From assembly GCA_005878525.1 (NCBI GenBank), contig VBMB01000136.1:14120-62048 (forward strand): a stretch of DNA of 47,929 nt. Reading direction: 5' to 3'. The position numbers and the translations under genes are program-made. The notes under the pieces are model-generated. The model searched no databases. It saw nothing but the letters and a program-made list of their open reading frames with translations, and was not told the origin of the DNA. The DNA is from Methanobacteriota archaeon. GTDB taxonomy: Archaea; Thermoplasmatota; Thermoplasmata; RBG-16-68-12. Of the stretch, positions 25,349 to 34,307 are shown one piece after another (position 1 is the stretch's first letter; every line of letters begins with the position of its first letter).

Positions 25349-28258
25349 TCACGAGGCGTGGACCGCGTCCTCGATCGCGTAGTAATATTCGCCGGCGGAC
25401 TTCTGCTCTCGATCCAGGCGGGAGTCGAGCTTGTTGATCCGCGGGCGGTTCGTGTCCGCGTCCCGGCGGAACGTGATGCCGACCATTTTCAGGAACTTGT
25501 TCATCCCGTCCCGCATCGGGAATGGACCTTCGCCGACGCCGGTATGGCCCGGATCGCCCGAGAAGACCATGATGCTGTCCGACACCATGTCGATGAAGTA
25601 CACATCGTGGTCGACGATGAGCCCCGTCCGGGCTTCCTTCTCCATGACCCGTCGGATCGTCCGCGCGGCCTCCATCCGCTGATTCGAATCGAGATAGGCG
25701 GACGGCTCGTCGATCAGATAGATGTCCGCATCCCGGCCTAGGCACAGGGCGATCGCGACGCGCTGCAACTCGCCGCCGGACAACGTCGAGACGTCCCGCT
25801 CCAGCATTCCTTTGACCTTGAGCGGCTGGAGGATCTCCGTCTCGAAGTAACCCGTGTCCGCCTTCTTTCCCACCGCGTTGCGAAGCAATTCCCCGACCGT
25901 GCCTTCGTAGACGGCCTCGAGGTATTGCGGCTTGTAGGAGACCTGCCACCGCCCCTCCACGGCGCCCGACGTCGGCGTCTCCTGGCCCGCGAGCATCTTG
26001 ACGAACGTCGTCTTGCCGGTGGCATTTGGCCCGACCACGCCGACGACCTCGCCTTTGCGCAGCCGTCCCGGATGGACGGTGAGCTCGAAGCCCTCGAACC
26101 GTTTCGTGAGTTCGTCAAAAGTGACGAGCGTCTCGGCCTTCCAGTCGCTTCGAGGCGGGCGGGTGTCGAAGCGAATCTCGCGATCTCGGAAACGGATGTT
26201 CTCCTCCTTCAGGTAGCCGCCGAGATACACGTTGATCGCGGTGCGGACCGGCCTCGGCTGCGCGATGATCCCATACGCACCCTCCTCGCCATACATCAGG
26301 AAGACCGTGTCTGCGAGGAAATCAAGGACGGCCAGATCGTGCTCCACGACGACGACGTACTTCTCCTTCGAAAGGGACTGAATGACCTTCGCGACCTGGA
26401 GTCGCTGGTAGATATCGAGATAGGAGGACGGCTCGTCGAAGAAGTAAATGTCGGCCTCTTTGAGCATCGTCGCGGCGATCGCCATGCGTTGCAACTCGCC
26501 GCCGGACAGTTGCGCGATATCCCGGTCAAGGAACGACTCGAGGTCGAGGGACACCGTCAGATCCGCGAGGCGACCTCGCTTGTCGGCTTTCGTCAACAGA
26601 TCCCGGACACGGCCCGTGTAGATCTTGCTCAACTTGTCGACGTACTGCGGCTTGATAGCCGTCGTGAGTTTCTTGTTCGCAATCTTCGCCAAGTAATCGT
26701 GGAGCTCCGTTCCCGCGAAGTAGTCGAGGACTTCTTCCCAGTAAGCCTTCTTTCTCCGATAATGGCCAAGATTGGGCGCGACCTCTCCGCTGAGGAGACC
26801 CACACATGTGGTCTTGCCGATTCCGTTCGGGCCGAGCAGACCGATGACTTCCCCTTTCTTCGGGACCGGGAGACGGAAGAGCCGGAACGCGTTCTTCCCA
26901 TACTGATGGACCAAGTCTTCCTTGAGAGCCTCCGGTAGACCAATAATCCGAATCGCGTCGAACGGACATTTTTTGACGCAATTATGCACCACCTGTCCAG
27001 CCGCAGTATAGGTCTGGTCTTCGTCGACTTCGAGATTGAAAACCTGCAGACTTTCGACAGGGCGAACCTCTATCTTGCGAATCGCAGCGTAAACAAAATC
27101 CGCATCGACAAGGTAGTGACTGGCCTTTCGATTGCGGGTGTCCGAGAATTCTACTTGCAACAACGCGGCCATCTGTTGCGAAAATTCTGCTGTAACATGA
27201 AGGTGGTACACGCGACGCTTCCCTGAAGGGGAACTCGTCGTCACACCCGCGGCGATCCCGAGTCCACTGAGGATCTCCTGCACCTGGTAAGCCAAGTGGG
27301 CGGATGTTGTCACTATGCCGAAGTAGTTGCGGTCGTACTCGCGATGACCGTCGCCTCTCCACAACCCACGAACGAGCTCCTCGCGGACCGCCTTCGGGGC
27401 CGTCATAAAGGCCGGAGGAACAGACTTCTTGTCACACTTTTTCCCGAGAGAGCCGAATACGCGGGCCAGCACAACTGAATCGTATCGAACGTTGCGGCCT
27501 AGGCCCGTATTCTTTGTTTCGTATCCACGAAGACCGAGACTCCGGTGGATGATGCGGCGCACATCATTTCGATAGTTCTGCTCCTTTTCATGAAACGAGA
27601 ACACGAGGCGCCGGTCATCCACAGAACCTTCGGCAAGATAGTATCCGACCAGTCTTCCTAGATCCGGCGTCAACGGTAAGGATACCAACTGATCCGACCA
27701 CTGCGGATATCTGCCCCCGGAGAGGACCATCGGAATCGGAACGTCCCATGAGTCTTGCGCCGCTTCGCGAGTCCTCGGTTTGACGAGATAATCGCCGACC
27801 TTGAGGTCGACTGGCCGAACCCAACGAAGGACTCCCGTTGCCTTTTCGAGTCTCCGTCCACCTTTGATCCGCCGACGAATCACAGCCAGGACTGGATGCT
27901 CCTCGGTAACCTCAAGCGAATCCGGTTGGCCTGTGACCCGAATGCGATACAAGGGCCCATCGTACATACGTGTCTGGACGCGCGTGACGACTCGATACCG
28001 TCCCTGATGCGTGAGAACGCGAGTGCCAACCGTCATCTTGTCTATCGGGACGACTCCGGAATCCGTGGAGATAGGTACTCCTGCCGGGAGGCAGATTCCG
28101 CAGGAGATGCACGTCTCCTCGCTGATCGCGGCCTTCGTGGTCTCCGGATCGATCCAGATGACTTCCGTGCCAGTCCGCTGCGGTGGGCAGAAGGCGATGC
28201 ACTCGAGATGGCAGCGCTTGGGCTGACATCGATCTTTGAATACGACGGCGACGCGCAC
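25349..28258 (-). CDS. abce1: ABCE1 / RNase L inhibitor (ribosome recycling ATPase) carrying a 371-aa intein
   Basis: N-terminal FeS domain 'DRCQPKRCHLECIAFCP' and a split 'CISCGI//CVKKCPF'. Two ABC cassettes ('GPNGIGKTT','LSGGELQR','FFDEPSSYLD'; 'GPNATGKTT','LSGGELQR','LIDEPSAYLD'). The exteins sum to 598 aa. GTG start. Confidence 0.95.
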   Translation of the reverse strand: MRVAVVFKDRCQPKRCHLECIAFCPPQRTGTEVIWIDPETTKAAISEETCISCGICLPAGVPISTDSGVVPIDKMTVGTRVLTHQGRYRVVTRVQTRMYDGPLYRIRVTGQPDSLEVTEEHPVLAVIRRRIKGGRRLEKATGVLRWVRPVDLKVGDYLVKPRTREAAQDSWDVPIPMVLSGGRYPQWSDQLVSLPLTPDLGRLVGYYLAEGSVDDRRLVFSFHEKEQNYRNDVRRIIHRSLGLRGYETKNTGLGRNVRYDSVVLARVFGSLGKKCDKKSVPPAFMTAPKAVREELVRGLWRGDGHREYDRNYFGIVTTSAHLAYQVQEILSGLGIAAGVTTSSPSGKRRVYHLHVTAEFSQQMAALLQVEFSDTRNRKASHYLVDADFVYAAIRKIEVRPVESLQVFNLEVDEDQTYTAAGQVVHNCVKKCPFDAIRIIGLPEALKEDLVHQYGKNAFRLFRLPVPKKGEVIGLLGPNGIGKTTCVGLLSGEVAPNLGHYRRKKAYWEEVLDYFAGTELHDYLAKIANKKLTTAIKPQYVDKLSKIYTGRVRDLLTKADKRGRLADLTVSLDLESFLDRDIAQLSGGELQRMAIAATMLKEADIYFFDEPSSYLDIYQRLQVAKVIQSLSKEKYVVVVEHDLAVLDFLADTVFLMYGEEGAYGIIAQPRPVRTAINVYLGGYLKEENIRFRDREIRFDTRPPRSDWKAETLVTFDELTKRFEGFELTVHPGRLRKGEVVGVVGPNATGKTTFVKMLAGQETPTSGAVEGRWQVSYKPQYLEAVYEGTVGELLRNAVGKKADTGYFETEILQPLKVKGMLERDVSTLSGGELQRVAIALCLGRDADIYLIDEPSAYLDSNQRMEAARTIRRVMEKEARTGLIVDHDVYFIDMVSDSIMVFSGDPGHTGVGEGPFPMRDGMNKFLKMVGITFRRDADTNRPRINKLDSRLDREQKSAGEYYYAIEDAVHAS
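26981..28093 (-). mobile_element. class-1 intein with LAGLIDADG homing-endonuclease domain inside ABCE1
   Basis: Cys1 'CLPAGVPI', block B 'VTEEHPVL', LAGLIDADG-like 'LVGYYLAEGSV' and 'LVRGLWRGDGH', block F/G 'VFNLEVDEDQTYTAAGQVVHN', and +1 Cys. Boundaries were checked codon by codon: TGC at 28091-28093, AAT at 26981-26983. Confidence 0.9.
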
Positions 28259-28280
28259 TACGAATTTGATGAACCCTGAG

Positions 28281-28294
28281 CTATTTAAACATAT
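28281..28294 (-). promoter_or_regulatory. TATA box for abce1 (divergent region shared with nac)
   Basis: The AT-rich 'CTATTTAAACATAT' lies ~27-30 nt upstream of the GTG at 28258. A second box, 'CCTTTATCC' (28319-28327, plus strand), lies ~35 nt upstream of the nac ATG. Confidence 0.5.
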
Positions 28295-28357
28295 GACGGA
28301 GAGGTCGGACGCGCAGAACCTTTATCCGAGTCGCGACCATCCTTTCCATGTGATGCG

Positions 28358-28732
28358 ATGATCCCGGGCGGACGCGTGAACCCGCGGCAGATGCGCCAGG
28401 CCATGAAGCGGATGGGCATCGAGCAAGAAGAGCTCGAGGGCGTCGAGGAAGTCATCATCCGCACCGCGAGCAAAGAGTACGTGATCCGGGATCCGAACGT
28501 CACGGCAATGACCGCGCAGGGTCAGAAAATCTGGACGGTCGTCGGCGAGCCCATCGTCCGGGATCGAGTCGACGCGAAGAAGCCGGATGCGACCCAAGGA
28601 TCGGCGATCCCGGAAGAAGACGTCCAGCTCGTCGCCGAGAAGGCCGGCGTCTCCGAGGCGGAGGCGCGCAAGGCTCTGGAAGAGAGCGGTGGCGAGCCCG
28701 CGGAAGCGATCATCCGCTTGATGAGCAAATGA
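28358..28732 (+). CDS. nac: nascent polypeptide-associated complex protein (NAC + UBA domains)
   Basis: 'NPRQMRQAMKRMGI', the NAC beta-barrel part, and a C-terminal UBA 'VSEAEARKALEESGGEPAEAIIRL'. Confidence 0.9.
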   Translation: MIPGGRVNPRQMRQAMKRMGIEQEELEGVEEVIIRTASKEYVIRDPNVTAMTAQGQKIWTVVGEPIVRDRVDAKKPDATQGSAIPEEDVQLVAEKAGVSEAEARKALEESGGEPAEAIIRLMSK

Positions 28733-28989
28733 ACATCGAGCGGATCCGATCGATCCTCGGTGTCTGGGCGCCGATGGCGATCGGGCTGTTCATCATCGTG
28801 ACATCGATCAACTTCTACTTCACCGCGAATCTCACGAACGGACTCTTCGTAGGGAACCTGGAATCGTGGCGGCTCGTCTGTTCCGCGGGCGCCTTCTTCG
28901 TCGGAGGAGTCTTGCTCCTCTCCACGTTCGGGCGGTATCGAAAGACGAAGGCGGCCCGGCTCGAGCAGCGAGTGAACCGGTCCAAGTGA
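28729..28989 (+). CDS. hypothetical small membrane protein (2 TM helices)
   Basis: The ATG overlaps the nac stop (ATGA). 'MAIGLFIIVTSINFYF' and 'AGAFFVGGVLLLSTF', then a basic tail. Confidence 0.5.
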   Translation: MNIERIRSILGVWAPMAIGLFIIVTSINFYFTANLTNGLFVGNLESWRLVCSAGAFFVGGVLLLSTFGRYRKTKAARLEQRVNRSK

Positions 28990-29004
28990 GGTCCGAAGCT
29001 CGGA

Positions 29005-32000
29005 TCATTCCCTCCGACGGCGTGAACGTGCGACCACGAGGGCGATGACAATCGCGATGACGACAATCACGACGATGAGACTGTACGTGACCGTCGGGCT
29101 GCCCAGGATTCCGACGGTCGCCCAGTTCGCGTGCACGACCAACGGGCCGTTCACCGTCACGAAGACTTCGGTCGCGGACGAGCTCACGCCGCCGGTCCAG
29201 CCCGAGAAGCGATACGTCTGTCCGCCGTAGGCCACCTCTTGGGGCGCGCGGAGCGTTGCCTGCGTCCCGGCGGGGTACCAGCCACCCCCATCGATCTGAA
29301 CCTGAATGTCGCTGTCGATACGGACGAGGTATTCGACCTTCCACGTTGCGTGGGCCGTCTTGGGTCCGTCCATCGCGATCAGATTCGACAAGGCGCCGGA
29401 TGATCCCGTCGCGTCCCCGCTCCAACCGGCGAACGCTTGGCGCTCGGTCCCACTCACTGAGATAATCGACGAGTTCACCGACGCGAGGCCGAAGGATCCG
29501 GCCGCGTACCACCCGCTTCCGGAAGCGCTGCCGAATGCAGTTTCCACCGTGAGATAGTATTGCACTTGCCAGACGGCCACGACGAGCTGCGCGCGGTCCA
29601 TCGTGATGGCCGAAGACCCGGACGAGTCGGTACCCGAGGCATCTCCGAACCAGCCTTGGAATAGCGCGCGGGCGCCATTCCCGAGGGAAATCGTCCCCAC
29701 GTCGAGACGCGCCGTGGTCTGCGTGCCGGCGTCATACCAACCCGCGGTCAAGGCCGTGCCATATGCGGTGTCGATTCGGAGATTGTATTGGAGCTTCCAA
29801 CTCGCGATCGCGACCTTCGGTCCGTTCATGAGAATGGGCGCCGAGGTCGTGCCGGATCCCGACGCGTCTCCGCTCCAACCGTTGAAGGCCTGGCGCGATC
29901 CGGAAGAAACGGGCACCGTCCCGGGTGCGGTCGCGTAGGCGGTGTTGCCCGACGCATACCATCCGCCTCCGGTGACCGTGCCGTAGGCGGACTGGACATC
30001 CAGGTAGTATTCTGTGCCGAACAGGGCGATTGCCGTCTTCGGACCGTCCATCAAGATTGGGTCCGATTTCGTGCCGGTTCCGGTCGCGTCTCCACTCCAG
30101 CCTTGGAACGCAAGACGCTCCCCCGGACCGACGGACTGAATCGGGTTCGCGACGGTCGCATAGGCCATCGAACCGCTGAGGTACCAACCTTGGCCGGTGG
30201 ACAGAGGATCCGGAGGGTCAACGGACAGGTAGAATTCTGTTTTGAACCGGGCCGTCAGGGCCATTCCCGCGCTGATCGTAATCGGGTGAGATGGACCGCC
30301 ATGGTCGCTCCATTCGAGATATCGATACCGGACGCCCGGGGCTCCAGATTGCAGCGTGTCGACGGCAATCGTATGGTTCGAACCGAGCGGAAGCCAGAAC
30401 GTGGCAGGGCCCGCCTGGGGCGCTCCGCTGTCCAGCGAGAATTCCAATCCCTCGGGATCGGTTTGCACGAGGAGCGTGCGTTCGGGCTGGAACGTCGCCG
30501 TGACATCCACCGCCGCGTTCGCCGTGACCCCGTGCGCCCGCGCCTCCGAATCGCTCCAGGACACGAAGGCGAAACGAGAATCCGGAGCGATGAACTGGGG
30601 CGACGGCGCTTCGAGCCAATGAGCCGATCCCTGGTCCCACCACAACGTCGTCGGGCCTAGATAGGATGCGTTGTCGACGAGAATGCTGGGACTCGGAGGA
30701 CCCGTCGGGGAAATCGCAAACTTGGCTTGGAACTGTTTCTTGAACGTTGCCACGAGGCTCAGGTCCGTGTCCAAGGTCACGGTGTGCGTTCGGGCACCGC
30801 CGTCGCTCCATGACGTCCAGATGTATCGGGACATGGAGCCAGAGGCCTGCGGATCCGGCATGCTGACCGAATGGGTGGATCCGAGCAAGACGACCTTCTG
30901 GGCTGGACTCGTGTACGTCGTTCCGTCAATCTGGACCTTGAGGCCCGCAGGATTCGTGGAGGCGGTGAGCGTCGCCACAGAGAAGCCGGGGTTTCCTGCG
31001 AAATAAATCTCGTAGTCGGAGCCATCGGAGGTGCGGCCGTCGCTCCAGACGACGTAGGCCTGGTTCTCCGGTCCGGCTTCAATGGCGAAGTAGTCGCCGG
31101 GACGAACGAGAGACGACGACGTCTCCTCGTCCGTGACCCTGAGGTTCGTGGACCACGTCTGGCCGCCATTCGTCGAGTTCGAGTAGAAGATGTTGTGGTT
31201 GCCGGTCCGATCATCGATCCATGCGGCGTGGACGGTCCCCGCGCTGTCGATCGCGAGATCCGGCATCCGCTGATCGCCGGTCGTCACATCGTTCACGCGG
31301 ACGTTGGTGCCCCACGATTGCCCTCCGTTCGTCGAGGCCGCGATCATGATGTCCATCGACCCGCTGCGGCTGTCCGTCCAGATGTTGTAAAGCGTCCCGG
31401 AGTTCGGGTCCACGCCCATCGCCGGCATCGGAAGCGACCATGTTCCGGTCGCCATTGCGGAACCCGGAACGCTGTTGACGCGGACGTCGGTGTGCCAAGT
31501 CATCCCGCGGTCCCAAGACCAGTCGAAGAAGATGTTGTCCGAGTTGAAGTCCCACCACGTCAGGTACACCGTGCCGTTCGACGAAGTCTGGATGATGGCC
31601 CCGAGGACTGCGCAACAAACGTCGTCGGGGAACTTGAACGGCGCCCAATGCGCACCGTCATCGTCGGACCAGCTGACCATCATCTCGTTCCCTTCGTCCC
31701 ATGCGGCGTAAATCCGACCGAACGGATCCACCGCGATCGAGTCCTTGTCCGTGAGCCCTCCCCCACCTGGCATGTAGCGGGCGTTGCTCCATGATCCCCC
31801 ATCGCTTGTGTTGGCGATATTGAGCCCCGCGGGTGGAAATGAACCACAGGTGTACTCCAAGTAGGCGTACTGCACGCGATCGTCAGGCGCGAGGGCCATC
31901 CACGGGTCCGAATTGCAACGACCTTGGTTGGGATGCGTTTGGTTCATGAGAATGTTCGGCGCCCACGTGGCGCCTTGGTTGGTCGAGTAGGACGCTCCAA

Positions 32001-32316
32001 CTCGAATTCCGGCAGCAGTTGTTCCATCGGTTTCCTTCCAGCCAACGAAAATCGTGCCCGAACGGTTCACCGCCATCGTCGGCTCGACTTGATCCGTGAA
32101 GCCAGAAGTCCCGTCCGTCACGCGGATGTTCGGGAAAAACGGCTGCGTGGTCGTCGGAGCGCTCGTCATAGACAGTCCCGGAACGCTCGCGGACCCGTTC
32201 GGGACGTGACTCGAGGTGGCCACCGCGAAGCCGGGCGATGCCACCGCGAGACATCCAAAGACTATCAGAACGCGAAGTAAGCCAGAGGGCGGCATCCGCC
32301 TCTCCCCGCTTATCAA
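29005..32316 (-). CDS. large surface protein: signal peptide, BNR/Asp-box beta-propeller, eight Ig-like repeats, C-terminal TM anchor
   Basis: Signal-like 'LLRVLIVFGCLAVASPGFAVA'. Six Asp-boxes ('STNQGATW','TSDGGSWS','SDDDGAHW','SWDRGMTW','STNGGQSW','STNGGQTW'). Repeats with 'F.GWSGDA.G......I.MDGPK.A.A.W'. Anchor 'LIVVIVVIAIVIALVVA' followed by 'RSRRRRE'. Confidence 0.8.
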   Translation of the reverse strand: MISGERRMPPSGLLRVLIVFGCLAVASPGFAVATSSHVPNGSASVPGLSMTSAPTTTQPFFPNIRVTDGTSGFTDQVEPTMAVNRSGTIFVGWKETDGTTAAGIRVGASYSTNQGATWAPNILMNQTHPNQGRCNSDPWMALAPDDRVQYAYLEYTCGSFPPAGLNIANTSDGGSWSNARYMPGGGGLTDKDSIAVDPFGRIYAAWDEGNEMMVSWSDDDGAHWAPFKFPDDVCCAVLGAIIQTSSNGTVYLTWWDFNSDNIFFDWSWDRGMTWHTDVRVNSVPGSAMATGTWSLPMPAMGVDPNSGTLYNIWTDSRSGSMDIMIAASTNGGQSWGTNVRVNDVTTGDQRMPDLAIDSAGTVHAAWIDDRTGNHNIFYSNSTNGGQTWSTNLRVTDEETSSSLVRPGDYFAIEAGPENQAYVVWSDGRTSDGSDYEIYFAGNPGFSVATLTASTNPAGLKVQIDGTTYTSPAQKVVLLGSTHSVSMPDPQASGSMSRYIWTSWSDGGARTHTVTLDTDLSLVATFKKQFQAKFAISPTGPPSPSILVDNASYLGPTTLWWDQGSAHWLEAPSPQFIAPDSRFAFVSWSDSEARAHGVTANAAVDVTATFQPERTLLVQTDPEGLEFSLDSGAPQAGPATFWLPLGSNHTIAVDTLQSGAPGVRYRYLEWSDHGGPSHPITISAGMALTARFKTEFYLSVDPPDPLSTGQGWYLSGSMAYATVANPIQSVGPGERLAFQGWSGDATGTGTKSDPILMDGPKTAIALFGTEYYLDVQSAYGTVTGGGWYASGNTAYATAPGTVPVSSGSRQAFNGWSGDASGSGTTSAPILMNGPKVAIASWKLQYNLRIDTAYGTALTAGWYDAGTQTTARLDVGTISLGNGARALFQGWFGDASGTDSSGSSAITMDRAQLVVAVWQVQYYLTVETAFGSASGSGWYAAGSFGLASVNSSIISVSGTERQAFAGWSGDATGSSGALSNLIAMDGPKTAHATWKVEYLVRIDSDIQVQIDGGGWYPAGTQATLRAPQEVAYGGQTYRFSGWTGGVSSSATEVFVTVNGPLVVHANWATVGILGSPTVTYSLIVVIVVIAIVIALVVARSRRRRE
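29119..30984 (-). repeat. eight tandem ~75-85-codon InlB-B-repeat-like modules within the surface protein
   Basis: Residues ~445-1066. Recurring 'x(F/Y)xxWSxxx....(I/V)T(M/L)xxxxxxxAx(F/W)...(Y/F)xLx(V/I)....G...GxGWY..G'. The last five copies are clearly more similar to each other than to the first three. Confidence 0.7.
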
Positions 32317-32383
32317 AAGGAAGGTTCCGCCGCGACATAACCCTTCCGTTCTGCAGCGCTCTCGACATCAAGACCGAGAAAGC

Positions 32384-32390
32384 TAAATAT
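32384..32390 (+). promoter_or_regulatory. TATA box for SRP RNA
   Basis: 'TAAATAT' is centred ~25 nt upstream of the proposed SRP RNA 5' end. Confidence 0.5.
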
Positions 32391-32411
32391 GATGCGTCTG
32401 TTGAGAACGAC

Positions 32412-32722
32412 GCTAGGCTTGACCGGGGGGTTGGGCGTCCCCTTGTAGACCCAAATCGTCCTCATGGGGCGGTGACAATCGGGGGCGGTGCTCCCAGTCT
32501 GGCGCTGGTCCGGATGCCGACGTTGAGGTTCTGTCCCGCGGGGCTGGAGGCGACAGGGATCGCAGCTGGAGAGCGGCGATCCCCGTCCCGATCGTGGGGA
32601 ACGGGTCAGGCACGGAAGTGAGCAGCCTCACCGCGGACTACCAACGCTCGCGGGGGTGCGGGACCGAGGACGCATCCGGGTCACCCGGCGTCGGAGCTGA
32701 GCATCCACCTCGATGGCCTAGC
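32412..32722 (+). ncRNA. SRP_RNA: signal recognition particle RNA (archaeal 7S RNA)
   Basis: Helix 8 signature 'GGGUCAGGCAC-GGAA-GUGAGCAGCC' (compare E. coli 'GGUCAGGUCCGGAAGGAAGCAGCC'). Helix-6-like hairpin 'GGGAUCGCAGCU-GGAG-AGCGGCGAUCCC'. The 5' GCUAGGC (32412-32418) pairs with the 3' GCCUAGC (32716-32722). Length ~311 nt. The ends are accurate to a few nt. Confidence 0.85.
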
Positions 32723-32729
32723 TCCCCTC

Positions 32730-33383
32730 TCAACGCTCAGTCAGTTTCATCTGCTTCGTCTCGAGGACCAAGGCGCCCATCCCGAACCGTTTGATGACCA
32801 GGTCGTACAGGATCTCGTCGCGAACCTCGTTCCGACGCTCCGGCATGGCGTATGCCGGTTCGTTCGTCGGGACCGGGAGGCCGAGCTTCACGAGACCCCG
32901 GCGCGCTTCCTCTCGCTCTTCCTTCGGGGACTGCGGGGCGTCAATCGCCCCGCCGAATCCGCATTCGCGCAGCTCTCGCAGAAAAATCGGACGACGAAAG
33001 AGTTTTTGCAGGACCGCCACAGCGAGCCGCACCTGGTCCGTCTCCTCCCGCGTGGCCTCGCGGCACCGGGAACCCACGAGCTCGTACAGGTTCGGCTCTC
33101 GGTGTGCGGACGTGCCGTACACCTTCGCGGGCGGGATGTCTTTTTCCCGGAGGATGCCTGCGTCGGCGAGGGCTTTCAGGTACCCTGTCACGAAGAGTCG
33201 ATGGAACGGATACCCGTCCTGACGGAGTTGCTTCGTCAGCGCGCTGATCGAGCGTTCCTGTTCGCGAAGGTACGAGACCACGAGGTCCTTGAGGTTGCGC
33301 TCAGGGACAAACAACAGCTCCCGACCCGGACCTGGTAACAAACCGGATAACAAATAAACGTTTCCAGCCGAAACTTTGCTCAC
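32730..33383 (-). CDS. hypothetical protein with putative winged-helix segment
   Basis: 'RSISALTKQLRQDGYPFHRLFVTGYLKALADAGILREKDIPPAKVY' looks like a wHTH. No family recognised. GTG start. Confidence 0.45.
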   Translation of the reverse strand: MSKVSAGNVYLLSGLLPGPGRELLFVPERNLKDLVVSYLREQERSISALTKQLRQDGYPFHRLFVTGYLKALADAGILREKDIPPAKVYGTSAHREPNLYELVGSRCREATREETDQVRLAVAVLQKLFRRPIFLRELRECGFGGAIDAPQSPKEEREEARRGLVKLGLPVPTNEPAYAMPERRNEVRDEILYDLVIKRFGMGALVLETKQMKLTER

Positions 33384-33546
33384 AGACCGAGTGCAGAAAT
33401 CATCTTATCCTCGGCGTCCTGTCGTCTTCCAGTTCGCGCTTACTCCCCCTTTCTTTTTTTGTTTTCCTCCATAAGCCCACGACATGCTCCCGGTGATAAC
33501 GGCCTCGGAACGGTTATACGCGCTCCTTCCAATGGAATGCCTTGCT

Positions 33547-34257
33547 ATGGGCCAGGGAGACCGTATCCGCACCTTCATCCACGGTTTTGACGACAAGCTC
33601 GGGGGCGGCATCCCCGAAGGCCACGTCGTCCTCCTCGCGGGAGAGCCCGGGACGATGAAGTCCACGATCGCGTTCAACATGATCTATCAAAACGCGCTTC
33701 GCGACGGGAGGCCGGGCACCTACATCTCCCTGGAACAAGGCCGCGAGAACCTCACGCGCCACCTGGACCAGATGAGCCTGAGCCCGCGGGATGTCGAGAA
33801 CAAAGTCAGCATCGTGGACCTCGGCATGATCCGTCGCAACCTCGACGGGATGGCCGACCGCACGTGGCTCGAGATCTTCAAGATGTATGCGATGAACCTG
33901 AAGCGCTCCCTCAACTACGACATCCTCGTCGTCGATTCGCTCCCGGTCCTCGAAGTCATGTCGCGGTTCGAAAACCCGCGCGAAGATCTCTTTCAGCTGT
34001 TCGAGTGGATCCGCGATCTGAAGGCGACCACGATCCTGATCAGCGAGATGAAACCGGGCAGCGAGGACTTCGGCAAGAACGGCGAGGAGTATCTCAGCGA
34101 TGGGATCATTCACACGAAGATGGAACGCGTCGACGACGCGAACATCCAGCGACGGATTCGGTGCGTGAAACTCCGCGGCACGAACCATTCGCCGAACTAC
34201 TACACGCTCATCTTCCAGAGTGGGATCTTGCAGGCGACCCGGATCATCGCGGAGTGA
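33547..34257 (+). CDS. KaiC-like / RecA-superfamily single-domain ATPase
   Basis: 'GFDDKLGGGIPEGHVVLLAGEPGTMKST' (Walker A), 'ILVVDSL' (Walker B), 'TTILISEM' and 'IRCVKLRGTNHS'. The TATA-like 'GGTTATACG' is ~30 nt upstream of ATG 33547. The ORF track starts at 33484. Confidence 0.8.
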   Translation: MGQGDRIRTFIHGFDDKLGGGIPEGHVVLLAGEPGTMKSTIAFNMIYQNALRDGRPGTYISLEQGRENLTRHLDQMSLSPRDVENKVSIVDLGMIRRNLDGMADRTWLEIFKMYAMNLKRSLNYDILVVDSLPVLEVMSRFENPREDLFQLFEWIRDLKATTILISEMKPGSEDFGKNGEEYLSDGIIHTKMERVDDANIQRRIRCVKLRGTNHSPNYYTLIFQSGILQATRIIAE

Positions 34258-34307
34258 ACCCGCATCGGAACCGATTTTCGATTTCGAATTTGGGCCAAAA
34301 GTCTAAT

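Noticed and set aside
32238-32631. ORFs 32238-32621(+) and 32413-32631(-) in the gap after the BNR surface-protein gene.
   Set aside because: SRP RNA explains this region, through the helix 8 and helix 6 signatures and the pairing of the terminal stem.
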